NCBI RefSeq assembly: GCF_009914755.1
Contig: NC_060936.1
Origin: the human T2T-CHM13v2.0 reference genome, Homo sapiens
Strand: one strand, 5' to 3'
Length of the DNA stretch: 64,000 bases
In this document: in pieces, positions 31,220 through 45,099 of the stretch
Position numbering within the stretch: position 1 is the stretch's first letter
How the letters are laid out: each line of letters starts with the position of its first letter
Program-made: the position numbers and the translations under genes
Notes under the pieces: generated by a model
What the model was told of the DNA's origin: nothing
Database searches by the model: none
What the model saw: only the letters and a program-made list of their open reading frames with translations

Positions 31220-31536
31220 CTTTTTTTTTTTTTTTTTTTTTTTTTTGAGATGGAGTCTCGCTCAGTCGCCCAGGCTGGAGTGCAGTGGCATGATCTCGGC
31301 TCACTGCAAGCTCTGCCTCCCAGTTTCATGTCATTCTCCTGCCTCAGCCCCCCCGAGTAGCTGGGACTACAGGTGCCCGCCACCACGCCCGGCTAATTTT
31401 TTGTATTTTTGTATTTTTAGTAGAGATGGGGTTTCACTGTGTTAGCCAAGATGGTCTCAATCTCCTGACCTCGTGATCCACCCATTTTGGCCTCCCATAG
31501 TGCTGGGATTATAGGCGTGAGCCACCACGCCCGGCC
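31220..31536 (-). mobile_element. AluY
   Basis: 'cactgcaagctc' and 'gtgttagccaagatggtctcaatctcctgacctcgtga'; long pure poly-T. Confidence 0.93.
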
Positions 31537-32449
31537 ACTACTTCCTTTCAATGTTCCCACTCTCATATTTGTCTTTCTCTATTCAGAACTCCATCAAATA
31601 ATTATCAAAAACTTTGTGATCTCCCTGACTTATAGACTGAAAGCCAAATTTAATGACCATGTTGCACTCCATGATTTTAGATACAAAAATAAAGGGAATT
31701 CCAAAACAGCTAATAGTTCTCAAAATTAATATTTCAAAATGCTAGCTAGTGTACAATTTATACTAACGTACAATTTACAATTGTAATACAATTTAGTGTA
31801 TTAACTTTCCTATATTCTAAATAAGTATTCTAGCCCCTCAAAAACATTGTTTTTGTAGTCAAAATAATATTCTTAAATTAGAAAACCTATATCCACTTTT
31901 AATCAATTTATTACTCAGTTTTAACATTTATATCTATTAAAAGTCATAGTTCTAAAATATTTTCTAAAATAAATTTTTCACAGCTGTGAAATTAAATGAG
32001 TTCTAACCAATATTAATAAATAAAATAGAATAGCATAAAATAGAAAAGATCAGAAGATAACAGAATAGAAACCAGTAGAATATACTGCATGTAGCAATGG
32101 AAAATATTAAATTCCTAAAGTTTGTGTGTGTGTGCGTGTGTCTGTGTGTCTGTGTGTGTCAGTACTAGATCACAAGGTAAACCAGGTTATAGCCAAAAAT
32201 TTGACACATTAATATTCAATTTTATTACATTTATTAAGAAAAAACTGTTGAATATTAAAAAGTACATGGTCATTCATTTCTATATATTTGAGACAGTGGC
32301 CAATGTGTAGGTTGGTCATTATATTCATCCTATAGGATAAAAGCTGCTTCTGAAGAAAGTGCTATGATGTGTTGCAACAAAAGATCAACCAGCTCAAATC
32401 TGCCATCTGGAAGACAAATCTGCAAATGTTTTAGTATTTTTGGTTTTCA

Positions 32450-33830
32450 TTTAGTCATGTGACCTTTATTTATCTAGACCTACTTTATACAAGCACCATT
32501 TTAGGCAATGGAAGGAAAACAATGAACAAAAAGTCATGTTCCCACTGTCAAAGAGCTTATAGTTCCGCAAATCTTAATCAAATAAACTTATAAATAAGGC
32601 TGAATTTTAGCTGTGTTAAATGCTATGAAGTCTGATAAAAACATAATGAAGACTCAACTATATTAATAGCAGAATATAAAATCTTGTGATATAGTAATAT
32701 TTTACTGATATTAACAATATTTAAGTGGTTTTAATTTCTTTGAGGATTTAAACTGAGAACTTAAGGATGAGAAGTAGTTAACTAAGCGGAGTGAAGTATG
32801 GGCTGGGGAATGAGAAGAACATTTCAGGCAGAGCAAATAGCAGCACAAAGGTTCTGTGGCAGGAGGCAACAGGGCACATTTCTGAGAACAGAAAGAATGA
32901 ACATGTGGCTGTAACAGAGACCATGGGGAGAAACATCTTGTGACATGAGGTTGGAGGGGTCAGTGGGAGCCAGACCGTACAGGAACGTGTGGCCTTGTTA
33001 AGGATTTTTACTTAAAAAGGGGAACAATACACAATCAAATTACTGTTTTAAAAAGATTGCTCTGGCTGCAGTGTGGACAATGGTTAAGTGAGGATGTGAA
33101 AAACTAGTCTGGAGATTATTCTAGTCCCTAACAGCAATCCTCGTTGTAGTCCATTTGCAAGACTCTGCTAGCTTAGCCTTGCGTATCTGGAGAGGTACAT
33201 AAGTGGAGAAGAGACTTGGACAGATTTGACAGCCATCAGGGAGTAACATAAACAGGCGACTGGATAGACTTGAAAGGGTAAGTAAAAGAGAGGTGCTATC
33301 AGGTTATCTCCTAGGTTTCTAGATTACAGACCTGATGACAGTGATGATGAGGAAGAGGGTTTTAAATTGGCAATGGAGCCACCCTAGAGGCAAAGGGAAG
33401 ACATTTGGATAGTCAAATTTGGTGTTCAGAGAAGATATCTGAGCTGAAGATTCTAATTTTGAAATTAATAGCATATTGCAGGAAATTGATGATAGATTGA
33501 GGCATAAACAAGATGCTTTAGAAAGAGTGTAAAGTGAGAAGAGGAGAGGGCAGGGAAGAAGCAGGGAAGGAAAGAAAGGTCAGAGGAGGGGAGGGGAAAA
33601 GAAAGAAGCAACGGGATTGAGCCTTGAGGGACTGCCAGATGAACAGCTGAGCAGAGCAGTCAGAGGAGCAGCCAGAACATTTGAGGGAAAACCATGAGCC
33701 AAAGTCAAGAGAAGAGCCAGTTTCAAGAAGGGAGTGGCCATCAGATAGAATGCTGGTGAGAGACTAAACAAGAGGAAGACTGAAAAGTATTCTTTGGATC
33801 TTATATTTTGAGGTTATCAGAGATCCTGGT
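32450..33830 (-). mobile_element. L2 LINE (long fragment)
   Basis: 'gaacatttcaggcagagcaaatagcagcacaaagg', 'tttaaaaagattgctctggctgcagtgtgg', 'gttcagagaagatatctgagctgaagat'. Confidence 0.75.
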
Positions 33831-34789
33831 AAAATATAAATATAAATAGATTATGTCATTAAAGCACTAAGTTTCTCCGTTATAAATGTCAAGAGTTTTA
33901 AAACTTGAGATTATAAATAAAAATCACATGCAGTATTGTTTACAAATGGCTTACTGAGACCCAATTAAAGAGTAAACAATAATCTCTTTTTATAACAAAA
34001 GTATAAACACCACCACCAGAATTTGTTCATTTTTCTCCTTATTGATCATATCACCTTGCTCTTAGCTATGGTAAAACAGGACTTAAGAACAAAATACGAA
34101 TGGCAGAAAACACTTACTTTTTTTAACACAAAACATGATATTTCATCTCAATAGAGTTCAAATTTCTATGACTCAATATATTCAACATCTTTCATGACCA
34201 CAATTCAATCTGATTTGACTTCTCATTAAAAACATTCTCTATTTGCTGCTGGATGAATGATTTCATAAATTGCATACATGATCCAGGCCTAGAATACTGA
34301 AAGGAACATGATTCTGATGAGTAAACATATTCTGTTTTTAGTCCATTTTTATTGTGCACACTTGCAAAATTATTCAAGTTTACGATTAGAGCTACATGAG
34401 GACTTTTAAAAATATGCTATATAGCTTGACTATGCCACACATAGATATTTAAATTCCAAAGTTTGTTGTGTATAGCTGCAACCCAAATCAGAAGGGAAAT
34501 GTTATACTGAAGTAAATTTTTTAAACATAGAAATTGTACCATATATACAAAGAAATCATTCAGCCAGCAACAAATGGAGAATGCCTTTTCATTTAAAACA
34601 AGAACAAAATAGTCATGTATTCAAGGATTCATTTTATCAATATTTATTGAGTGTCTACCATTTGTCACAAGTGTGAAAAGGACAGATACAACCCAGGTGA
34701 GACAAAAACTACGATTATGCAAAGGCTATGAAGGAAAAGGATAAGGCAGGCAGAGGTAAACAGCTGGAGAGGCCAGAGGATGATGATAG

Positions 34790-34955
34790 TAATGGTGACT
34801 CTAGCAGCCATCATTCATTCAGGACTTAACTACTTAGCCAGGCACAGAGGCAGCACCCCATAAGAATTATCTCACTTGATCCTGGCAGCAACCTGTGAAT
34901 TGGGTGGCAATGTCTCATCTCCATTTTAAGACAAGGAAACTAAAGCTTAGAGAGG
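34790..34955 (-). mobile_element. MIR
   Basis: 'ttatctcacttgatcctggcagcaacctgtga...ccattttaagacaaggaaactaaagcttagagagg'. Confidence 0.75.
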
Positions 34956-36109
34956 CGTGTTGTTTTTGTTTGTTTTTAGTGTAAATCACAATGCTCACAA
35001 CGGTTATCCTTGAGACATCTGGAAAATATAAATTCTGCTCAGCAAAATAATAGAGAAGGCAGGCTTTTAGAAATGCTATCACCAAAGTATGGATATAATT
35101 CTCTTACTGCTCTGATGCTCACGGGTATTAGTGGTTTCTTATAAGGACTCCTGTTCTCACCAGGGATGACAGATTAAAGAGGCAGCACTATAAAAGATTA
35201 GGAAAAATGTAAAAAAAGAAAAGTAGACAAAACTGAATAACACTGAGTAATTCTGTATCAGCTACTAAATGACAAGCCAAAGAAAGAGTGTGTGTCAGAC
35301 ACACACACACACAATCGATAACCTAAATAATAAGGATACGGTCTTTCTCAGCTCCTCTAGTAAAACTTCATACTCAAAATCTGGTCTCCTGTTTAGCAGA
35401 TTTCAACAGTGCTTTCCGACCCCCCAAAACTGTTAAAAAATATTGCCAAAACCCATCTTGTTTGCAGCTGTCACAACATTTCTCTGAGAATTCTCCACCG
35501 ACTCCTCTGCACAGAGTTTGCATTTCTCCTACTGGGTTTCAAGGCTGTCTCTTCATGTGGACGTTGCCTTTATCACCTCTCATACTTTTATTTTCCACTA
35601 TCAGTGGATCTGCCTGGTCCATCTAAATCCCTTCTGTCTCATCTCTTCCCTTCTGCTAATTCTTTTCCTCATGACATCGCTATTAGGTTCCATCTTCTAA
35701 GAACAACTTTGTAAATCTTAACTGCTGCTCTCACCAATAAAAAATTGCTGCAGAGTTCAGCAATATTTGGGAAAACAAATTCATTTGTACTAAATGGTAT
35801 AGAAAAATGAGTATCAAACTCTTTTAGCTACACAGTCCTTTTGTGTGTGCAATTTCTCCTAGAATCCAGCCACTTAGGACTAGATCCCTAGGAGAAAGAT
35901 GAATGTCTGGTTGTGGCCAAGTGTCCTGGAACCCCATCCCTGTCTCAACCACACCAGTAAGCTGGTGGTTCTGGGGTGGGGAGACCATCAGTCAGTACCA
36001 AAAACAAAGCCTAATTAAAGAAACTTGTCCTAAGTCAAATTAAATATGCAGAACCCCAAAAGTGCCTAAAGAATAATTTGTAATCCACTTTCATCGGACA
36101 GTAATATCA

Positions 36110-36490
36110 ACCATTCGATGTGGAACAAACATTTGTTAAGTGCCTACTATGTGCCAGGCACTGATTTTAGCACTTGAGTTGCATCAGTGAATGCAGAGAT
36201 TCCCTTCCCTTGATAAGTTACAATCTGGCAGAGGGACACAGACATTTAAAAAGCACATAATGAATATATAAAATATATAATTTATTAGAAGGAGATACGT
36301 GCTATGGGGGAGGCAGTGGGGGTGCAAGGAGGGGAGGAGAAAAGAAGATTGCAAGTTCCAGGAAGAAGGACTAAAGGAAGAAAGGCAAGTTGCATTTGCA
36401 AAGAGGGTGGCCGCAGAAGGCCTCATTGATAAAGTGCCACTTGAGCAAAGCCCCAAAGGAGATGAAGGAGTTAGCCATGAAGACATTTAA
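36110..36490 (-). mobile_element. L2 3' end
   Basis: 'aacaaacatttgttaagtgcctactatgtgccaggcactg...aaggcctcattgataaagtgccacttgagcaaag'. Confidence 0.8.
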
Positions 36491-36644
36491 GGGGGTGGTG
36501 ATATCTAGTCTTAATTGATATCTTTTCATGAACAACTTACAATGTGTCATGTAAATTGCTAAATTGGTTTGCATTACACACATTATACATAAACCATCAG
36601 AGGTTGGCATTATTATTGTTTCACCTATGAGGATACTGGGACTG

Positions 36645-36793
36645 GAGCAGTGGAATCACCTTGAGGGCTTGTTAAAACACAGATTGCTGAGCCTGATCAC
36701 CAAAGTTTTTAATTTGCTAAAACTGGGTTTCAGCCTGAGAATTTGCATCTCTAACCAGTTCGTAGGCCCTGAAGCACACACGGAGAACCACTG
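36645..36793. mobile_element. MER5A hAT MITE
   Basis: 'gaatcaccttgagggcttgttaaaacacagattgctg...gcctgagaatttgcatctctaaccagtt...gagaaccactg'. Confidence 0.8.
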
Positions 36794-36957
36794 ATTTAAA
36801 AGAGATAATCTCTGCAAGACCTTTCTATCTCTAAAACTCCATATTCTCATTTAAATTATATACTTCCTCTTTCAAATAATAGCACCTTCATCCAAATATT
36901 TCCATTTATCATCCAACTGAAACTTATAAACAAAATATATATTATAGTATATATTAC

Positions 36958-37265
<308 letters not shown>

Positions 37266-38470
37266 TATACTACATTATTTAACAAAAAAGGATCAATTGG
37301 TGAGAAAATGAAAGCTCTACAAGGGAAAGCATATTACCTGTTTTATTCATTGAGTATTCTTAGCACACAGAAGAGCTTTCGAGTGAATTAATGCTATTAT
37401 ATATCCTACATTTTAAAACCTATTTATTTTAAAATAAGTTTGGATTTACAAGAGTTAGTTGTGCAGATAATACAAAGAGTTTCCATATGCCCTTCAAGCA
37501 GCTTCCTCTCATATTGCCATTTTAAGTAACAGTTATCAAAGCTAAGAAATTAATATTGCTATAATTCTATTAACCAAACTCGGCTTTTTTTGGGTTTTGC
37601 CAATTTTCCCACTAATGTCCTTTTCCACTCCTGGACAGCATGTCGCATTAGTCATCGGGCCTGTTTAGTGTCTTCTGGTCTTTCCTTTTTTGTTATGACC
37701 TTGAAACTTTTGAAGCAAATTGATCAGGTATTCCACTGGAGGTCCCTCGATTGGGGTTTTCGCTGTTGCTATTTTCATTAATAGGCTGGGGTTATAGACT
37801 TCGGAGTGTGGTGAGGTAAATTACCCTCTCATTTCAATATACCAGGAGTAGATGATATCAGCAGGATTTATCACTGGAGATGCTAAACTTGATCAGCTGG
37901 TTAAGGTGGTATCTGCCAGGTTTCTCCACTGTACGGTTCCTCCGTTTCTCTTTCTAGAAGAGTGAATCACTAAGTACACACTTAAGGGACAGAGAATTGA
38001 GCTCCACCTCTTGGAAAGAGGCATATAAATGAGTGTAGAAAGATGTTAAAGCCACCACACAATTAATAAATGTTTAGGAGAAGATACATTGAGGCTATGT
38101 ACATATCCCATTTCTCCTTAAATTTTCTCCCAGGATGATGTCCTATTTTCCCTGTCCCAGTGCTAGAAGCAGTTATTTCTCCTTTTACTAGGGAATGGTA
38201 TTTAGAAACAATCTGGGCACTAGGCATGTTTGTCACTACTACTGGGATGTCACTGCATCAAGGCCCCCTCGGCATACAGAGCTGTGCAATATGTGCATAT
38301 ATATTAGCTGACATAACATATCTATATTTATTTCTGTTATCTACCTGTATATATGTATTAAACTAAACATGAGTCCCCACTGATACCTCTGACTCAGTCA
38401 ACACAGGGTTCACTCTAGCCTTCCTCTGTTGCTTATTTTTAACTTCTTCCTCTGATAGTAAGAAACCTGG

Positions 38471-38790
38471 TGCCAAGGGCTGAACTGTGTCCCCCACAAA
38501 ATTCATATGTTGAAACTCTAATCTGCAGGACCTCAGACTATAACCATATTTGAGATAGGGTCTTTAAAGAGGTAATTAAATTAAAATACGGTCACTAGGA
38601 AGGTTCCCAATCCAATATGACTGGTGTTCTAAAAAGAGGATATCAATACAGATACATATGGGGAGAAGATACATGAAGACACAACGAGAAGATGGCCATC
38701 TATAAGCCAAGGAGAGAGGCCTGGAACATAGCCTTCCTTCGTGGTTCTCAGAAGGAACCAACCCTGCCAAACACCTTGATCTCAGACTTG
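38471..38790 (+). mobile_element. MLT1B-like LTR (3'-truncated)
   Basis: 'gggctgaactgtgtcccccacaaaattcatatgttgaa...gagaagatggccatctataagccaaggagagaggcctgg'. Confidence 0.8.
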
Positions 38791-39597
38791 TCACAATTAT
38801 AATTAAATAATCAATATTGATACATTATTGTTAACCAGAGGCCATACTTTATTCGGATTTTCTTAGCTTTAATCTAATATATATATATATATATATATTT
38901 CTTTTTTCTGTTCCAGCGTCTCATCCAGCTTTACACTCTGTACTTAGTCACCATGTCTCCTTATGCGACTCTTGGCTATGGCAGTTTCTTAGACTTCTCT
39001 TGTTCTTGATGACTTGATGAGCTTGAAGTTTTGAGGGTTACAGGTCAGGCATTTTGCAAATGTCCCTCCATTGGGACTTGTTAGATGTTTGTCTCATGAT
39101 TAGACTATGGTCATAGGTTCTGAAGAGTAAGACCACAGAGGGAAAGTGCCATTTTCATCACATCACATTAAGAGCACCTACTATCAACATTAATTATCAC
39201 TGTTGATATTGACCTTGATCACATGACTGAGGGAGTATATGTCAGATTTCTTCACTGTAAACTTATTTTTCTCCTCTTTCCATACTCTACTCTTTGGAAG
39301 GAAGTCACTATGTGTAAACCATACTTAAGAAGTGGAGATTTATATTCCATCTCCTTGAAAGTGCAGTATCTGCATAAATTATCTGGAACTTTTCTGCTTG
39401 GGTGATTTGTCTCTAGCCCTCATTTATTTGCTTATTCAATTATGTATTTTAGTACACACTCATAAATATTTATTATATATTTTGGATTATGATTATAATA
39501 TAAAATTGTTTCATTGCTCAAATTGCCCCATCTTTGGTCATTGGGAGCTCTTCAGTTGGTTCTTGTGTCTCTTTGAATGAAATACATGGATTTTGCT

Positions 39598-39891
39598 TGC
39601 TTATTTATTTATTTACTTATAGACAGGTCTCACTCTGTCACCCACGCTACAGTGCAGTGGCACAATCATGGCTCATTACAGCCTGGAACTTCTGGGCTCA
39701 AGTGATCCTCCCTCCTCAGCCTCCTGAGTAGCTAGGAGTACAGGCAAACACCACCACACCTGGCTAATTTTTTTATAGAGATGGAATCCCACTGCGTGGG
39801 CCAGGCTGGTCTTGAACTCCTTACCCAAGCGATCCTCCCATCTTGGCCTCCCTAAGTGCTGGCATTAGAAGCGTGGGCCACCATACCCAGC
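39598..39891 (-). mobile_element. AluJ
   Basis: 'caatcatggctcattacagcctggaacttctgggctcaagtgatcctcc'. Confidence 0.88.
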
Positions 39892-41449
39892 ATTTTTCGA
39901 TTTTGAAGACTTTCTTACTTTGTGGGAATAAAAAAATGCTCCTCATCCTGTTTCCTGTGCCAGCACCAGAATCAGCTATTTCTCCAAGGAGCCCTCATTT
40001 CTTTTATTGGAGAATGGTATTAGGAACCAAAATTTGGGTCCTAGGTATATTCTACATTTTTGACCTAACAATCTAGCATAAATAGATCTTCATGTGAATA
40101 AATTTAAGATATCATTTTCAAAGTGCATAATATTCCACTGTGTGGATAAACTGTAATACCATCTATTATTGATGGATACTTATATTGCTTCTATGTATTT
40201 AGGTATTATAAACAATACTGAGATAAACTTTCTGGTGTCGAAATCATCATACTTGTAACTGGTTATTTCCTTAGGATAAATTGCTAGAATGGGAAATAGA
40301 GTTTAGGGCTTTTGATGCATATTACGAAAGGGGCTTCCAGAGTCCCATCTGCAGAGAATGAGTGCCCAGTACCCCACACACTCTCCAGCATCAGATATCT
40401 ATTGTTATTGTTACTTTTTAAAATAATTTCCTACGTAATAGATAAAACTTTCTTTATAGTTGTAATTTATTCCTAGATGGATGAACAACGTCTTAAATAG
40501 GTCTTTGCCATCTGAATCACCTTTTAAAAATGTTAGTCTATATTCTTTCCCCATTTTTTAATTGGTATACTTTTTAAAATATTTATATGTAAGAGTGCCT
40601 GTATATCAAAGAAATTAACTCTTTGCCTGTTATATATTTAACCATCTTTCTCCAATGTGTCATTTATCTCCTAATTTTTTAATGGACTATTTCCTTTTTA
40701 AACAATAACTTTCATATTCCATATTCTATAATTTAAACTAATTTATAGTTTTGTTTGGTTTTTTGCTTAAGCCACATTTACATTTTGCAATTTTGCACAT
40801 GAACTAAAAAATGTGTTTACTTTCACAGTTTTGCATTATGTGAGCCAATCTAAAAAAAAAGCGGGTGATGTATTATTGATTCTGACACAGTCATGAAAGC
40901 ACAGATTATGCATCTATTAAAACTTATATTTTATGACATGTTTGTCAGGTTTAATTTATGACTCATACACATTTCTGGCTCGGTAGCCACAAATTATCTC
41001 CATTTGAATCTTTATGATACAGTACATTTTCTTGCCAGAGTATTTTTTCAAATATCTTGATACATTGTAAAGAAAAACAACAACAAAACCCAGAAAACAG
41101 GCACCAAAAATTGATAAATAGAAAATATCATTTTAAAAAGCAGCTTCAAATATATATGTATCTCTTTCCACTTTCTTATTTCTTAGGCTAGTTTAATTTT
41201 TAATTTTTTTAAATATTTTAGGCTAGTTTAATATTTTTACAAATACATGATCATTTTTAGAAAAGTATGTACATAGATATTCATGTTGTCATGTTTAATT
41301 AGCTTAATATAAGCATGCATACACAAAAATATGAAACCGATGTCACCATCTTCATTATAGTAGCATTATAATGTAAAATTTCAAATGAGGAGAGAAAAAA
41401 ATATATATATATCCTTAAGTGTAGAAAATAGCTCGGAGGGTGATTGGGA

Positions 41450-42085
41450 GGAGGTAACTGGGAATATTCTAGTCATGTGCAGAGACATGGATGTAGGAAG
41501 AAATATATGGTATGTTTAGGAAACAGAAGGAAGGTAAGTAGCCACATCACATAGATTATCTAGTCTTGTTAAGGATTTGGGTCCTTAACCTGAAAACAGA
41601 TGGAAGCACATGCAAGTGGCTTGTTGACATTTACTGTTTGACAAGACCCTCTGAGTCATGTGGGGAATGAACTGTACAGAAGCAAAAGTTCCTGAAGTTT
41701 AGGGTGGGGCTCACCAGTTGTCCAGGCATTAGATGATGATGGTTTGACCTGAAGAGGTGAGAGCTGTACATACGGAGAGAAGGGAAGAGATCTGGGGTAG
41801 GGTTGGAATGCAAAACCAACAGCACTTAGCAATTGACTAGACACATGGAGTGAAGGAGACAGGTAGATGGAGGTGCCTTATTAAGACATAGGAAACATCG
41901 AGAGCAGCAGTGTGGTAAGATCAGCATTTGGACTTTTTTTTAGCTTTGCAATCTCTTTGAAATATCCAAGAAGACATACCACTGGTGCTCAGAAATTAGG
42001 TCTGAACTGGGTTCATGAGCGTGTTAACATATAGGTCATAATTAATTCAAAGATTGTGGATGGGATTGCTTAGGGAAGGAGTATA
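41450..42085 (-). mobile_element. L2 fragment
   Basis: 'gttgtccaggcattagatgatgatggtttgacc...gcaattgactaga...ggtgctcagaaattaggtctgaactgg'. Confidence 0.6.
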
Positions 42086-42088
42086 AAG

Positions 42089-42296
42089 CAAGGGTCCTCG
42101 GCTACAACTTGGGGAATTATTTTGCCCCTCAGGGGATATCTGACAATGTCTTCAGACATTTTTAGTTGACACAATTGGGGGCATCTAGTGAAGAAAGGCC
42201 AGGGAAGCTGCTAAACATCCTATATACTCAGACCAGCCCCCACAGCCAAGATTACCCAGACCAAAATGTCAGTAGTGCCAAGGCTGAGAAGCCCTA
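42089..42296. mobile_element. MER20 hAT MITE
   Basis: 'ttttgcccctcaggggatatctgacaatgtcttcagacattttt...ggccagggaagctgctaaacatcct...caaaatgtcagtagtgccaaggctgagaagccct'. Confidence 0.85.
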
Positions 42297-44487
42297 GTAG
42301 AGACTGCAAATGAAACGCGAGCTTTTAGGAACTTCACCTGAAGTCTTCCTCCCTCCTCCTTCCCTGGCTACTCTGACTCCCTCTTAATCAGTAGTCAGCT
42401 CCCTCCCCTGTAAGGAAAGGGCCTGAGAAATAGAAATCTAGAAAAGTGATCAAGGTTGGAGTTTAATGAGAAGTGCTGCAAAATTCCATCTGTGTGTCCA
42501 TAAGATATACCTATTTTGTGGCCTGTTGAAAAATAACAGGTTTATGAATATTTTAGGAGAATTTATAAAAAATATTTTCCATACAAACTAAACTCTGAAC
42601 CAGCATATACAATACTCCCTTTTGCAATACCAGCACTTGGCACTGTTTGTTGCTCATGTTCCTGAAGAGCAGAGACGGAGGAGGAGCAAACAAAACAGGG
42701 AGGAACACCAGGGGAGACGGGTGTCAGGAACACCAAGAAAACAGAGTTTTCAAAGAAAAAAATGAGCAACAAACAGTGCTAGGGAAGTAGGAGGCGGGGA
42801 ATTTGGGTAGGAAAAAAAAGGATGAATCACTTTACATAGAAAAAAGCAAGCCCCACCTACAAATATGTTTCCAAATGACCATTTAGAGTTTGCTATTTGG
42901 ATTTTATAAGCAGCTTGCTCCAGAAACAATGTTATAAGAAGTAGTTAAGTTTAAGGAAGAAGTAGTTAAGTTTAAGGAAAAACTACAAAAACCGGTTTAA
43001 CCTGTATCTGTTGATGTTACAGACCAAGTTATAGAAGGCCATGAGTTTGGGAAGTTCAGAAGGATTTTTTTTTTGTTTTAATCAGCTGCCTTTCTCTTTC
43101 TCTTGGGAATACCCTTGGCCCCAATTTTTTTAAAGCTCATTTGTTCATCAAATATTTATTGAATACTTACATAGGCATTTGTTTAGTGTCTGTGTCCCCA
43201 CTAAATTCTAAGCTCCATGAGGGCAAGTGCAGGTTTACTCTGTGCATTTCTGAATGCTACCACTACCGCCATTAGTGCCTGGCAGCCAGAAAATAATCAT
43301 TGATTAACAGCTGAATATTGATCAAACGAACAAATATATTGCTAAAAAACGTTGTTTGCTTACTCTAATGTATTTCAAAAGGGTGGATTTCTATGCAGAG
43401 TTGCCATAAAAACTTTTTAAAAAGTAGCCTAGTAGTGTAGAGAACGATGTTTTGAATCAGAAAGGTGATCCATAAATAGGCCAGTTTTGCCTGAGAGCCT
43501 ACCCTTGAATTCAGCCTTACTCAAATAGCATATATATATTTATAGTTCTATATTTCTTCCTCTCTTTGGGATATTAAAATCTTTCTATTTTTACCATGGC
43601 TGTGGTAGTGGTGATGCAAGCATAGCCCAAGCTAACAGTTTTAAAGTTTAGAAAGAAACCAGCCTATTTCCTTTAATAATAAGAGGAAATCTTCAGGAGA
43701 CGGAAGTTTTTGAAATGGATGGAAACCTACTAACAGGATTAATATATTATCGTAAACAATTTTATGCAAAGAAACTTCCACATTGAACTTCAAAGGGGAA
43801 AGGAATCGAGACAGGAAAAATGGGTCAAGTGGAGAGGCCTTTTCTGATTAGAAGATAGTAAGTGGGGAGTCTTTTACAGGCCCTGACTGAAGCATGAGGC
43901 CTTTGCAACGTGCCTGTCTTATTGCTAAACAGTGCGACTTAGACTAAATAATACTAAAAAGCGAAAGTGGCCTCTCTGCAACAAAAACAGGCAGGAAGCA
44001 GTAAGAACTGGGCACCCCCTATGAAGCCACGGCATTAAGGCGTCAATTAAAGAAGACGACAGATAAAAAACTGCAAACATACACTTTAATGAGCCAGTAA
44101 ATGTGCAGGGGTCCAGGACTTTTAAATATTCAAGGTCCTAAATAAAGATCCGTCTCAAAACAAAAAAGAAAAGAGTAAGATCCTGATTAAACAACAAATA
44201 AGACTTAGTCAATAGCCCACTTAATTTTACTCTGAAGTTTTTAAGTGTTGCCTTAAGTTTGTAATCAGCAATACATAGGTATATTAATAACTTAATATTA
44301 ATTAAAGTTCAATGTGTATTTTAATAATTATACACATACATATTCAAAAACATAGCATTAAAAAGTTCTCTGTCACACTTAACAATCCACATCTAGAGAT
44401 CCATGGTTGATCTAGAAAGCTGCAAGCACAAATGTTCATAACTGGAAACTTACTAAGTTTATAATCAAACTTAATAATGAATGTTTA

Positions 44488-44790
<303 letters not shown>

Positions 44791-45099
44791 AATAATGAAA
44801 GTTTAAACTTAATAATTAAAAATGAGTGAACAATTATTGAATGCACATTCTAATACTAAAGGCTTTACATGTATTTCATCTAGCCCTCACAACATATCTA
44901 TAATAAAGGTAGGGATTATAATTGGACCCATCTTAGAGATGAAGAAAAAGAAGGAATAAGGAGGTTAAGTTACCAAGACTACAGCTTCAGAGCTAGAATC
45001 TGAACTACATATTTGTTTTAAAGTTCTGTAATGTAATGACAAACATAACAATAAGGAATTCAAGAGTTTTTTGGAAGTGCAGTAAACTTTTCACTGCTT

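Larger units (their letters stand above)
37415..40050 (-). mobile_element. L1MC-type 3' end (L1MC4-like), fragmented by MLT1B and AluJ
   Basis: 'gataatacaaagagtttccatatgcc', 'ggttaaggtggtatctgccaggtttctccactgta', 'tttctccaaggagccct...ttattggagaatggtattaggaaccaa'. Confidence 0.7.

Noticed and set aside
35288-35306. Inverted repeat gtgtgtgtc-a-gacacacac
   Set aside because: Low-complexity TG/CA juxtaposition, not informative
38810-39440. Similarity to 47900-48450 suggesting a segmental duplication
   Set aside because: Both are independent L1MC-family 3' UTR copies, so the similarity reflects shared repeat ancestry
42937-42978. Short exact tandem duplication (21 bp x2); similar ones at ~3342-3376, ~5687-5735 and ~16839-16863
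   Set aside because: Ordinary slippage duplications with only two units and no spacer structure
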